From positions 16,126-80,125 of the forward strand of contig JBBEBI010000041.1 of assembly GCA_040882365.1 (NCBI GenBank): a stretch of DNA of 64,000 nt. The letters run 5' to 3'. The notes under the pieces are model-generated. The model did no database searches, was not told the origin of the DNA, and was given only the letters and a program-made list of their open reading frames with translations. Below are positions 9,319 to 18,439 of the stretch, piece by piece. A program made the position numbers and the translations under genes. How positions within the stretch are numbered: the first letter of the stretch is position 1; each line of letters starts with the position of its first letter. This DNA comes from Anaerolineales bacterium (GTDB taxonomy: Bacteria; Chloroflexota; Anaerolineae; Anaerolineales; UBA11579).

Positions 9319-10280
9319 CGCACGGCCTCTTTACGATGCTCGCGAAACCAAGTGATACTCTTGCGTAGCCCCTCATCGAAATCCATGCCGGCGCGGAATC
9401 CAAAATACTTTTCAGCCCGGCCGACATCCAACAGGCGGCGCGGCTGGCCATTAGGCTTGTCCGTGTCCCAAACATACTCCCCGCTATATCCGGTCAGCCT
9501 ACCGATAGTCTCTGCCAGATCTTTGATGCTGATCTCCCGCCCCGAGCCTAGATTCACCGGCTCGGGCCCGTTGTAGCGTTCGGCGGCCAGGATCACGCCT
9601 TCAGCGGCGTCGTCTACATAGAGGAATTCACGCGTCGGCGACCCGTCGCCCCACAATTCCACCTGTTTGTTACCCCGCTCCTCGGCCTCGATGAATTTGC
9701 GGATCAGGGCAGGGATCACATGAGAGCTTTCGAGATCGAAGTTATCGCCCGGGCCATAGAGGTTCACGGGCAGCAAGAAGATCGCATTGAACCCGTATTG
9801 CTGGCGATAGGCTTGCGCTTGTACCAGCAGCATCTTCTTGGCAAGACCATAAGGAGCGTTGGTTTCTTCGGGATAGCCATCCCAGAGATCCTTTTCACGG
9901 AATGGCGTGGGCGCGAATTTGGGATAGGAGCAAATGGTGCCCAGGGCCACAAATTTCTTCACGCCGCGCTCCCAAGCCTGATGCATCAATGGCACACCCA
10001 TCATCAAGTTGGTGTAGAAAAATTCGGCGGGACGAGTCCGATTGACGCCGATGCCGCCGGCCAGGGCAGCGACGTGGATGACCAGGTCGGGCTTGGCATC
10101 ATCCAGCATACGGGAAATATCTGACGGCTGGGCGAGGTCGTAATTCTTTTTGCGGGGCACGAAAATATCGGTTGCGCCGCGGGCGCGCAGCTTGTCCACT
10201 ATCACCGAACCCAGGAAGCCTGCCCCGCCGGTCACGGTCACTCGTTTGCCCTGCCAAAAATTAGTATCCGTCATCATCAC
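9315..10280 (-). CDS. fcl: GDP-L-fucose synthase-like 3,5-epimerase/4-reductase
   Basis: [12 protein letters not shown]...NYDL...[14 protein letters not shown]...[12 protein letters not shown]...GTICSYPKF...[21 protein letters not shown]...[27 protein letters not shown] matches the Fcl/WcaG motif order. Confidence 0.8.
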   Translation of the reverse strand: MMMTDTNFWQGKRVTVTGGAGFLGSVIVDKLRARGATDIFVPRKKNYDLAQPSDISRMLDDAKPDLVIHVAALAGGIGVNRTRPAEFFYTNLMMGVPLMHQAWERGVKKFVALGTICSYPKFAPTPFREKDLWDGYPEETNAPYGLAKKMLLVQAQAYRQQYGFNAIFLLPVNLYGPGDNFDLESSHVIPALIRKFIEAEERGNKQVELWGDGSPTREFLYVDDAAEGVILAAERYNGPEPVNLGSGREISIKDLAETIGRLTGYSGEYVWDTDKPNGQPRRLLDVGRAEKYFGFRAGMDFDEGLRKSITWFREHRKEAVR

Positions 10281-10283
10281 CTG

Positions 10284-11321
10284 TCATTGCACTATAAAGT
10301 GAGCGTTGCGAAAACGGTCATCTTGTGGATTCTTGATCAGGCCATCCTGTAAGGCGTGCAGCACCTCGCGCACGCCATCATCCACGGTGAGCAGGGCTTT
10401 ATACCCCAGTTCGCGGCGAACCTTCTCGAAAGACACGCTGATATCGCGCATGTCTCCGCCGAAGGTCAGGTCCTTATACCGCACGGTTGTTTCAGGCAGG
10501 CGCTTGAGTACAAAATCCACGATCTGATCCTTACGATAATTGCCTTGCTCAGTTCCCAGGTTGAAGACCTGGCCGCGCACTTTCGCTTCCGGCGCCTCCA
10601 GAGCGAGCTGGAAACCGTTGACGATGTCGCGCACGTGCACAAACGAGCGCGAATAGCCGCGTTGGTAGATGAGCAGTTCGCGTTTGGTATAAGCATCCAA
10701 CACAAATTGGTTCACGATAAGGTCAAAACGAGTGCGAGGAGAAATTCCATATAAAGTGGCCAAACGGAAGATCAAAGGCGCACAGCCGGCATTCTTTTGC
10801 CTGAGCAGATATTCTTCTGCCGCGATCTTCGTTTCAGCATACAAAGATTGAGGATTGAGTGGTGTTTCCTCAGTGACCAAGTCTCCATTCAGCGACAGGC
10901 CGTAATTGCTATACGTAGAAGCAAACAAAAAACGTTTGATGCCTAATTCTTCTGCCTGGTCGAACACGTGCTGCGTGGCTTCCACGTTGTACCGCCACGC
11001 CACCTGGTGGCCCACCGCTTGGCAAGCCGGGAACCCGACAATGGCCGCCAAGTGGACTACGGCATCGGGCACGCGATGCTGGGCTTTCAATACCTCGCGC
11101 AAGGCGCGCGCCTCCCACACGTCCACTTTGGCGAAAGAAAAATTGGGATGCGCTAGATAATTGATGAGCGAATCGCCGCCAAACAGCAATTTGTCCATTA
11201 CGGTGACGTGATAACCGTTGCACAGGAGCTCACCGGTCAGCAGCGAACCGATATAGCCAGCGCCACCGGTGATCAGCACATGCTTTGCATCGGGTTGCCG
11301 ACCGTTCGGGTTAGTGCTCAC
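10284..11321 (-). CDS. Extended SDR, NAD-dependent sugar-nucleotide epimerase/dehydratase (substrate unknown)
   Basis: VLITGGAGYIGS Rossmann motif and catalytic YAETK. 345 aa. It lacks the GMD-type N-terminus, so I do not call it gmd. Confidence 0.7.
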   Translation of the reverse strand: MSTNPNGRQPDAKHVLITGGAGYIGSLLTGELLCNGYHVTVMDKLLFGGDSLINYLAHPNFSFAKVDVWEARALREVLKAQHRVPDAVVHLAAIVGFPACQAVGHQVAWRYNVEATQHVFDQAEELGIKRFLFASTYSNYGLSLNGDLVTEETPLNPQSLYAETKIAAEEYLLRQKNAGCAPLIFRLATLYGISPRTRFDLIVNQFVLDAYTKRELLIYQRGYSRSFVHVRDIVNGFQLALEAPEAKVRGQVFNLGTEQGNYRKDQIVDFVLKRLPETTVRYKDLTFGGDMRDISVSFEKVRRELGYKALLTVDDGVREVLHALQDGLIKNPQDDRFRNAHFIVQ

Positions 11322-11811
11322 GTAGGGGATCCCATTCCAATTGCACCTTGTGGCCTTGCACCCGCAGCGAGGGTCCGGGTTGGTCTTCTTTCAATAAGGT
11401 TAGGCCTTGCTCCAGGCAGGTGAGCTTGCAGATGTCGGCGATGTCTTCGGGATCGCCATTTAACTTATCGACGTGGACGCCGTTGTAACCAGCAGCCCGT
11501 ACCTGCACAAGCAGCTGCTGCACACGGCGCCGTGTTTTGCGATAAAGCTGCATGGAATGCTCGACGTAGTTGACTGTCAGGCGGGCGCGGCGGCTGATGC
11601 CCTGCGGGGTGATGATGTAGCGCAGCTTGCGGCGTTGGGCGCGCTTGACCTTCACATAGCCTTTGGCCACCAAGCGCTTCAAGTGCCAGTTAACCGTACC
11701 CACGGCCACTCCCAGTTGGGAGGCCAGGGAGGCCTGCGTAATATCGGGGTCGCTCTCGATCTGCTCCAAGAGCAGCATGTCGCGCGCGGTATCGGCTTTA
11801 GGGTCCGTCAT
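11311..11811 (-). CDS. Winged-helix regulator, EPS-associated MarR-like, with extra C-terminal domain of about 60 aa
   Basis: LLEQIESDPDITQASLASQLGVAVGTVNWHLKRLVAKGYVKVKRAQRRKLRYIITPQGISRRARLT fits the GxVNxxLKxLxxKGYVKV...KLxYxxTPxG pattern of EPS-locus MarR regulators. It is a paralogue of 51254..51712 and the first gene after a 50-bp gap. Confidence 0.6.
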   Translation of the reverse strand: MTDPKADTARDMLLLEQIESDPDITQASLASQLGVAVGTVNWHLKRLVAKGYVKVKRAQRRKLRYIITPQGISRRARLTVNYVEHSMQLYRKTRRRVQQLLVQVRAAGYNGVHVDKLNGDPEDIADICKLTCLEQGLTLLKEDQPGPSLRVQGHKVQLEWDPLREH

Positions 11812-11832
11812 TATCTAAAATTCAGCCGTTGA

Positions 11833-11841
11833 ATTATAACA
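11833..11841 (-). promoter_or_regulatory. Putative extended -10 promoter element (TGTTATAAT) upstream of the regulator gene
   Basis: The minus strand reads ...cgtTGtTATAATtcaacgg..., 21 nt upstream of ATG 11811. The -35 region is poor (TCTCAA). Confidence 0.3.
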
Positions 11842-11861
11842 ACGATTTTATGGTTTTGAGA

Positions 11862-13415
11862 CTATTCTTTGTGCATCCAATCCCAGAGCACGAACAGTAC
11901 TGCACTTAACAGCCCCAGGCCGATGACCTGATATAAATCCACGATAGGCCAGTCGAAATTCGTGTAGCGCCGTAGATACCAGGGGATGAACCAGGCTATC
12001 ATCAAAACGGCGCCTCCCATGGCCCGGCGTAACCAGGGGTCCCTTGTTTCGCGATACCACACCCAGGCCCAGGCGGCCAGGGCGATCTGGATGGCAGCAA
12101 AAGCGCTACGGTAACGCGGGCTATCCCAAAGGTCTCCCCCACCGCGATAGGAAGCGGTGAAACTCACCACCCAACTCGAGAGAAGCAACGCTCCGGGAAG
12201 GCGGTGCCATTCCTTTGAGCGCAAGGCCAAGAAAGTCGTATATAGCAGAAGGGCCAGAAGCAGGGTCCAGCCCACAGCCCGCCAAACGCCTATAGCAGTC
12301 CAAACCGTCGGCCCCGTGGCTACTACAGCTGCCGGTAATAGAGGGCGTAAGATCCCATAGGCAACCAGAAAAGGAATTTGCCCAAATAGCGGAAGGCGTT
12401 CGAACTGGCGCGCCACCCAACCCGAAGCGTTCTCGCTGACGTACGCTTGCCATCGGGCAGACTGGATCAACCAAAGGTTCTGCTCATCGGCGAGAAGAAT
12501 GAATCCGATCAGTATGACAAACGCAGCAGCAGCCAATCCGATCCAGACTTTGGGTGAGCGTAACCAGCGCCATTCGTCCAATGCCAACGCCGCCACGACC
12601 AACATAAAAATCAGCGAAGGCGTGAAAGCCCAGGTAAGCGGAATAGATAATAAGACCGGCGCCGCTAGCAATGCCAGTTTACCAATAGATCGCTTTTCAC
12701 GGAGGCGCAGAAGACCATACAGGGCAAGCGGCACCAAGAAAACGGTAAAGGCCTCGCGCATTTGCGAGGAACCCAGCAGCACGGCCTCAGGATACAGAGC
12801 CAATCCCCAGGCCGCTAAGTAGGCGACCTTCTCGCCCCATACACGCCGCGAAAAAGCCCAGGTGAAGGCGACCGCCAATCCCGAGACAGCCGCGGCCAGC
12901 GCGAGCACCAATAGCGGCTGATGCTCAGTACCGCCCAGATAGCGGTAGACAGCGGCGCTCAAGAACAGCAAACCCCCGTATTGATCGGTGGAACTAATTC
13001 CTTGAAATGAACTTAGCAGAGGTTGATCCGAGCGAGCAAGATTCCAGGCTGCCACGTCACGGTTATAGGCATCTTCCATCACATAGCCGGCCTGCTGCAC
13101 TGCAGTGTCATAGCCACCGGCGGGCAACGCAAATAACCACAGTGCGCCCATCGCGAGGCGAAGCAAAGCCGCGCCAATGGTTAACACCAGGAGCCATCTG
13201 GGTGGCCTTTCGCGGCGCAGAATCCGGCATGCGATCCAAAACAGCAGGGCGGCAAGAGCCAGTAGTGCCAGAAAGGACAGCCAGCTATTTACATTGGAAA
13301 AACGCGATGAAAACCAGGCTAAAAGAAATGCCAAGACTAATATTCCCCAACCAACCATGGCAATAAAGCTCCACGAATATTTTCTTGTTTTTGCGCGCGC
13401 TTTTCGTTTTGGCAT
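11862..13415 (-). CDS. Polytopic membrane protein, possible GT-C-type glycosyltransferase
   Basis: 517 aa with more than 10 hydrophobic spans. An early extracytoplasmic-loop acidic motif YVMEDAYNRDVAAWNLA resembles the DAxxxD loop motif of the two large paralogues below. An O-antigen polymerase/ligase-like role cannot be excluded. Confidence 0.35.
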   Translation of the reverse strand: MPKRKARAKTRKYSWSFIAMVGWGILVLAFLLAWFSSRFSNVNSWLSFLALLALAALLFWIACRILRRERPPRWLLVLTIGAALLRLAMGALWLFALPAGGYDTAVQQAGYVMEDAYNRDVAAWNLARSDQPLLSSFQGISSTDQYGGLLFLSAAVYRYLGGTEHQPLLVLALAAAVSGLAVAFTWAFSRRVWGEKVAYLAAWGLALYPEAVLLGSSQMREAFTVFLVPLALYGLLRLREKRSIGKLALLAAPVLLSIPLTWAFTPSLIFMLVVAALALDEWRWLRSPKVWIGLAAAAFVILIGFILLADEQNLWLIQSARWQAYVSENASGWVARQFERLPLFGQIPFLVAYGILRPLLPAAVVATGPTVWTAIGVWRAVGWTLLLALLLYTTFLALRSKEWHRLPGALLLSSWVVSFTASYRGGGDLWDSPRYRSAFAAIQIALAAWAWVWYRETRDPWLRRAMGGAVLMIAWFIPWYLRRYTNFDWPIVDLYQVIGLGLLSAVLFVLWDWMHKE

Positions 13416-13421
13416 GGTTAG

Positions 13422-16004
13422 CTAAGAGTCAGGAGCGGAACAGTTATCAAGTTTAGCGGATACCAGTAAAACTAGGGAGCCATCGGATTCCTTGACGATT
13501 ACGGCCGCAGCATCCAGGGTTTTGCCGCAATGAAAAACGTAAACATCCGAACTGGCGGGGAATTCCGCGTCTAGACTATCCAAGGGGAGGATAACCTCGC
13601 CCGGTTCCGGCCCTAGCAGGTAAAAAGTGAGGCGCGCGAAATCCATCGGCGAAACGAGGAGGAAATTTCTATCGGGTAAACCTTCATGCACGCGATAGTA
13701 ACGAGGGTGCAGGGCGCGGCCGCCAATTACATTTAGCCCGCCAGCCGTAAATAAATTAAGCACCCGTTGCTTATCCGTTGAATTCCCCAACGTGACGCGG
13801 GAGAGCGCATCGAGTACATGCTGCGATGATACCTTTGCGTAGCGCGGCACGTTTAGCGCTTCGATGATCGAAAACGAGGAACCTGCCATCAGGAGCAATA
13901 AAGCCGCGATAACAAGGGGCCAACGCCCAATGGATTGCGATTTGGGTTTTACTCGAGATTTCGGCTCAATGGGGACCAGCTTGGCAAGGAATTGTTTTAC
14001 TCGTGGGAGATTATGGAATAACAACAGGATCCAAATTACCAATTGCCCCAGCCCTAGGGTGTAATACAGGAGCACAGACCAATCCATGGGCAGGTTGTAC
14101 CGCCAGCCCGATACCCGGGCCAGCGCCAAATTGATTGTGAAGCCCAGACTGATGAACAGGGGCACCAATCCGACCCAGCCCACCTTCTTCCAAGCCACCG
14201 CCAGGCCGATCGCCACCAAAAGCAAGTTTGCAGCCATTGGTAAAACCGTTTCTCCCGGCAAATCCCCTTCCCAGCCGGGCCAAAAGGGTAATTCACGAAC
14301 ATGGGATTCCAGGTCTCTCAACTGCAGTGAAAGGGGCATCGCCATGAAGTTGAGCATCTGATTGCGCACGTAATTATCGGCCACAAAGCCGGCCACATAA
14401 CCCGGGTTCTGCAAGGTGAACTCGCGCACCCGCCCCATCTGGCGCGCGTAATACTCGCCCTCGCTCTCGCCAGGCAGGAAGGGGAGCACATAAGTGCCGG
14501 GCGTGAAGCTGTAGCGATTGGCCAGGAACCCGGACACCACCGCGTCTTCGATGGCCCATTGGCCTATGAGGGCGCGGTTGCGCAGGATCCAAGGACTGGC
14601 AACGAGAAGAACCCCCAACACAAACAAGGCGGCTGGCCGCCATGCCAGTCGCCAACCCCAAACCAAAACAACCAATAGCAAAACGAAGGGGATAAGAGTC
14701 AGGCTTTGCGAGCGCAACAGGATGGACCAGCCCAGCAGGCCCCCAACCAACAACGCTGCCATCCAGTTGCGGGGCGAACTCCGCAGCCAGCTTACGACTG
14801 CCAGCGCTAACGCGGCCATTAACATCGCCGTGGGCAAATCGGCCATCAACAGTCTTGCGTGCGAGGTATTGATCACATTCCCGAGGACAATTGAGTTCGC
14901 TTCGCGCAGAATGACGATTCCCGCTAACAATAAACCGGAAAAACGATTGTGGAGCTTCGCGCCGAGCAAATAGAGAAATGCAGGAAATAGCGCCAGGCCG
15001 AGCACTTGGCCGATAACCACCCCGTCGTAATCGCCTCCCAAAAATCCTTCCAGCCCTGCCAGGAAAAGCACGTAGGCCGGGCGCCGAATAGCCACCTGAT
15101 CACCAAAACGAAAACCTTCACCGATGAGCACGTTGTTGGCGATCGCATCGTGATTGAAGGCATCCGAGAGTGGGAAACTCTGATAGTTCGGTGCCACTGG
15201 TGGTGAACTGTAATACGTGGAAGGCGCTGGTTGCATAAGCCAAATGCCTGCAGCGATGAGCCACACCATGCCCGCCAGGATCAGGTCAAGCCGCTGCTCC
15301 AGAAACCTTCCCTTTCGCCACCGTCGCCAAATGGCAATTGCCACCAAGAGGATCAGCGCTGCGATCAACAAACACAGAAGCACTTGACTGCTCAGGATCG
15401 GCGTCCCGGGAGCATTCCAAACAGTGGCATCGAACCCCAGACCGAGGCCGGTCAGCGCAACCAGCACAACAAATAAGATGAGAAACGTGAAAACGAAAAG
15501 CCCTAACCGTAATTTTTCTTTTTCTTGGTCAAGTCCCCGCGTGTTAATTCCATAACGCATAACCAAAAACGTGGGCAACCAAAAAAGGGATACCACAATT
15601 CCATAAAAAAATAGGGGGCGAATTCGAATGATGTATAACGAGATCGAACCAAAGAGGCTAACTGCTCGCGCTTGAGGCAGGAAGAACAGGGCCCAGCAAA
15701 AAACCAGAACTGCGCAAACAAGCAACAATGAAAACCAGAACCGGCTTGTGGAGCGCAAAAATGAACTTAGCCGATCAATTGCATTCTTTATCCATTTCCC
15801 TCGGGTTACGCTGATAACTGCGAAACTAAAAATGAGTGCGAGGGCGAACAGTAATAAGGCCAGAAGGATACGCTCAAGTGAATAGCCAAGAACAACAGCC
15901 CTGGAAGCTTCGCTTGGCTCGGCCAGCGACCAGGCAAAACAAAACCAACCGACCAGCGCAGAGACGGTCATGCTGACGCGCAGGGCTATTCGTTTTGCCG
16001 GCAT
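13422..16004 (-). CDS. Large polytopic GT-C-like (PMT_2/ArnT-like) glycosyltransferase candidate with C-terminal soluble domain
   Basis: 860 aa. An N-terminal multi-TM module of about 270 aa is followed by the loop motif FPLSDAFNHDAIANNVLIGEGF, more TM spans, and a C-terminal non-membrane domain (GRALHPRYY...FARLTFYLLGPEPGEVILPLD...). Clear paralogue of 21547..24180. Confidence 0.5.
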   Translation of the reverse strand: MPAKRIALRVSMTVSALVGWFCFAWSLAEPSEASRAVVLGYSLERILLALLLFALALIFSFAVISVTRGKWIKNAIDRLSSFLRSTSRFWFSLLLVCAVLVFCWALFFLPQARAVSLFGSISLYIIRIRPLFFYGIVVSLFWLPTFLVMRYGINTRGLDQEKEKLRLGLFVFTFLILFVVLVALTGLGLGFDATVWNAPGTPILSSQVLLCLLIAALILLVAIAIWRRWRKGRFLEQRLDLILAGMVWLIAAGIWLMQPAPSTYYSSPPVAPNYQSFPLSDAFNHDAIANNVLIGEGFRFGDQVAIRRPAYVLFLAGLEGFLGGDYDGVVIGQVLGLALFPAFLYLLGAKLHNRFSGLLLAGIVILREANSIVLGNVINTSHARLLMADLPTAMLMAALALAVVSWLRSSPRNWMAALLVGGLLGWSILLRSQSLTLIPFVLLLVVLVWGWRLAWRPAALFVLGVLLVASPWILRNRALIGQWAIEDAVVSGFLANRYSFTPGTYVLPFLPGESEGEYYARQMGRVREFTLQNPGYVAGFVADNYVRNQMLNFMAMPLSLQLRDLESHVRELPFWPGWEGDLPGETVLPMAANLLLVAIGLAVAWKKVGWVGLVPLFISLGFTINLALARVSGWRYNLPMDWSVLLYYTLGLGQLVIWILLLFHNLPRVKQFLAKLVPIEPKSRVKPKSQSIGRWPLVIAALLLLMAGSSFSIIEALNVPRYAKVSSQHVLDALSRVTLGNSTDKQRVLNLFTAGGLNVIGGRALHPRYYRVHEGLPDRNFLLVSPMDFARLTFYLLGPEPGEVILPLDSLDAEFPASSDVYVFHCGKTLDAAAVIVKESDGSLVLLVSAKLDNCSAPDS

Positions 16005-16020
16005 TACCGCGACGCTGCCA

Positions 16021-17442
16021 TTAGTCTACAATCTTGTAATCGGCTACCCGTCTTTCCAGGGCACGCCAGATGTCGGGGGGCGCCTCCCCGGCCGCCAAGT
16101 GCTCGGCGATGAAACGGCCCATGTCGGCGCAATGGTCTGAGTTGTTGTAGTTATACATCCCGATGCGGCCCGTGGTCAGCAAATTAGGTACTTGTCGTAA
16201 TTTATCGCTAACCAGTTTCATCTTATCCGCATAAGCCAAATCGTAACGCGGGTAGAAATTCTTTCTCCGAATCACAAAGCTGCCCAGTACTTCTTCACGG
16301 CTTATCAATCCCGTTTGAACCAACCCGGCGACTACACGTTCAGTCAAATCCGCATCGCTGGCCAGCCACAGTTCGCTGCCTTCCGCGGCGGTGAAATCTG
16401 CCGTGATCACCGTGCGGTCCGCAGGTCCCAGCTCTGGATTCATTTGCTTTTGCTCAAACAGGCGGCTGAACACCACATTGCGTTGAGGAAAGAAGATCCA
16501 TTGATCCGCGAAGACCAGGGGGCGCTTGATTTGTATGTAAGCCAAGATGAGATGGCGGAACTGCAGCCCATCCACCGCCTGGTTGAATTCGGCATCCACC
16601 TCGCCAAACACCATGCGCCCTATAACAGGAAGGGGAAGGGAAGAGACCAGGTAGTCGCATTCGAATTGCCTAAGCTGGCCTTGATGGTTCGCTGTAACAC
16701 TGGCAACTTTGCCCGCCTTCATTTTCAAGCCTTTTACATCGACTGAAGTGAGCACTTCCCCGCCGTGGGCGCGGATGCCTTCCGCCAGCGCCTGCGGCCA
16801 ATCCCCAAAACCGGCGCGGGGGTAATAGAAGAACTCGGCATTTGTATCCGCAGTTTCCTTCTTCAACCCCAGCAACTTCAGGATGAGTTCCAAGCCGCCC
16901 GAAGCCGGAAGGCGCGTACGCGCCATTTCGGGATGCAAGCTTGCCGGGTCGCCCCATACCTTATCTGCCAGAGGTTCGAAGACCAATTCGTAGGTCGGGC
17001 GACCGAACCGGCGGATGATGTATTCCTCGTAGGAACGCGGTGCGCGGCGATCCAACAGGCCTTTGACGAGTTCTACCCCATAACCCAGGCCGAGGCTCAG
17101 GAATCGGGCTGGGCCGAGCACTATTGCCAGGTTGCCAAGCTTCAATGGGTAATCTACCAAATGACCCTCGATGTACAGCCGGTTCTTTTTTGGTAGTTTG
17201 AGCAACCGGTCGCCCATCAAGCTAGTGACTTCGTCGAGGACGCCGGGGATGACGGAATACAGCTTGTGGGCGCCGTAATCCAGCACAAAGCCGTCGCGCT
17301 CAAAGCTGGCGCAAAGCCCGCCGATGACGGATTCCTTCTCGAGAACCGTCACCTGGTATTTGCCTGTTCGGGCGAGGAAGTAACCGGCGGCCAGCCCTCC
17401 CACTCCGGCGCCGAGGATGACGATCTTGTCTTTACTTGCCAA
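16021..17442 (-). CDS. FAD/NAD(P)-binding oxidoreductase (amine-oxidase / UDP-galactopyranose-mutase-like fold)
   Basis: N-terminal KIVILGAGVGGLAAGYFLAR...VTVLEKESVIGGLCASFERDGFVLDYGAHKL (GxGxxG plus the GG motif). TTG start at 17442 is preceded by GGAG. Confidence 0.7.
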   Translation of the reverse strand: MASKDKIVILGAGVGGLAAGYFLARTGKYQVTVLEKESVIGGLCASFERDGFVLDYGAHKLYSVIPGVLDEVTSLMGDRLLKLPKKNRLYIEGHLVDYPLKLGNLAIVLGPARFLSLGLGYGVELVKGLLDRRAPRSYEEYIIRRFGRPTYELVFEPLADKVWGDPASLHPEMARTRLPASGGLELILKLLGLKKETADTNAEFFYYPRAGFGDWPQALAEGIRAHGGEVLTSVDVKGLKMKAGKVASVTANHQGQLRQFECDYLVSSLPLPVIGRMVFGEVDAEFNQAVDGLQFRHLILAYIQIKRPLVFADQWIFFPQRNVVFSRLFEQKQMNPELGPADRTVITADFTAAEGSELWLASDADLTERVVAGLVQTGLISREEVLGSFVIRRKNFYPRYDLAYADKMKLVSDKLRQVPNLLTTGRIGMYNYNNSDHCADMGRFIAEHLAAGEAPPDIWRALERRVADYKIVD

Positions 17443-17451
17443 CGTATCTCC

Positions 17452-17478
17452 AGAAATAGAGCGGCTCAGAGCCGCCCT
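17452..17478 (-). terminator. Putative intrinsic terminator / RNA-stability hairpin between the methyltransferase and FAD genes
   Basis: Minus strand: AGGGCGGC-TCTGA-GCCGCTCT (8-bp stem including one G-U) followed by ATTTCT. It sits immediately 5' of the GGAG-TTG start of the FAD gene. Confidence 0.35.
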
Positions 17479-17509
17479 CGGAATTCACCGACGCAAATGA
17501 TAACTGGGA

Positions 17510-18439
17510 TTACTGCTTTTCGGCGATGACCAACACCTGTCCCATCCAATAAGGGATCTGCAGATAAGTTAATCCCAGGCGTTTTACCAGCCATCCTGCG
17601 GCCTTGGCGACCGGCTTCAGGTAAGCCTCCATGCGGAAGAGGATGTAGCCTAGCTCTAAGGTTTGCCAATGGCGGCGGGTTTGCACTACCCGGAAACCTA
17701 ATTCCCCCAGCATGCGCGCCAGGGTTGGGCGCGTAAAGTAATAAAGGTGTACGGAAAGTAAAAACACCCAGCGGCGCCCCATTAGGCGGGCGACAAAGGA
17801 GCGAATGTCCGGGTAATTGACCACCAATAACCCACCCGGCTTAAGCGCGCGGGCGCATTCGCCCAACGTGGCTTTGGGATCAGGCGTATGCTCCAGCACG
17901 TCCCAAAGGGTGACCACATCGAAAGAAGCCGAAGACAGCTTCATATCGAAAATGGTCCCAGGAACGATGTGTAGGCCGTAATTCCGATTGCCCCATTCAC
18001 ACAGCCAGCGGTTGGGCTCGCAGCCGGCCATCTCCCAACCAGTTTTCTGCGCCACCGAAAGGAAGGAGCCGCCCGCCGTTCCTACATCCAGCAGGCGGCC
18101 GCGCTGCGGTCGAAAGTGTTCGATGATCTTCAGCGCCTTGGCAAAGGTGCGCTCGCGCCCGGCCGCCTGCGAAACGAACAACTCATCGCTGCCAGCGCTG
18201 TAACCCTCTAAGACGACATCACTGCGCAGGCGGGGGTTGAGGTACATCAGCCCGCAGCGTTCGCAGCGGACCAGCTGATCCAAAAGAACTTCATCGCCTG
18301 AGGAGCGGAAGGTGTTAGTGATCTCCTCCGGTTTGGCCTCTTCGTAGCGCGGCGGATAAATGACCTCATAATCATCCGTCCCACATAAATTGCATGGGAC
18401 GGATTCGAGGAGGGTTTGATATTGTTGGGCCTTTGTCAT
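17510..18439 (-). CDS. Class I SAM-dependent methyltransferase with N-terminal zinc ribbon
   Basis: CNLCGTDDY...CERCGLMYLNPR (two CxxC pairs) followed by motif I LLDVGTAGGSFL and VVTLWDVLEHT. Paralogue of 47444..48376. Confidence 0.8.
   Translation of the reverse strand: MTKAQQYQTLLESVPCNLCGTDDYEVIYPPRYEEAKPEEITNTFRSSGDEVLLDQLVRCERCGLMYLNPRLRSDVVLEGYSAGSDELFVSQAAGRERTFAKALKIIEHFRPQRGRLLDVGTAGGSFLSVAQKTGWEMAGCEPNRWLCEWGNRNYGLHIVPGTIFDMKLSSASFDVVTLWDVLEHTPDPKATLGECARALKPGGLLVVNYPDIRSFVARLMGRRWVFLLSVHLYYFTRPTLARMLGELGFRVVQTRRHWQTLELGYILFRMEAYLKPVAKAAGWLVKRLGLTYLQIPYWMGQVLVIAEKQ

Noticed and set aside
10284-11321. Calling this SDR gmd (GDP-mannose 4,6-dehydratase) because it precedes fcl
   Set aside because: The N-terminus (VLITGGAGYIGS), the length and the motif spacing do not match the GMD pattern I know. 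It is kept as a generic extended SDR.
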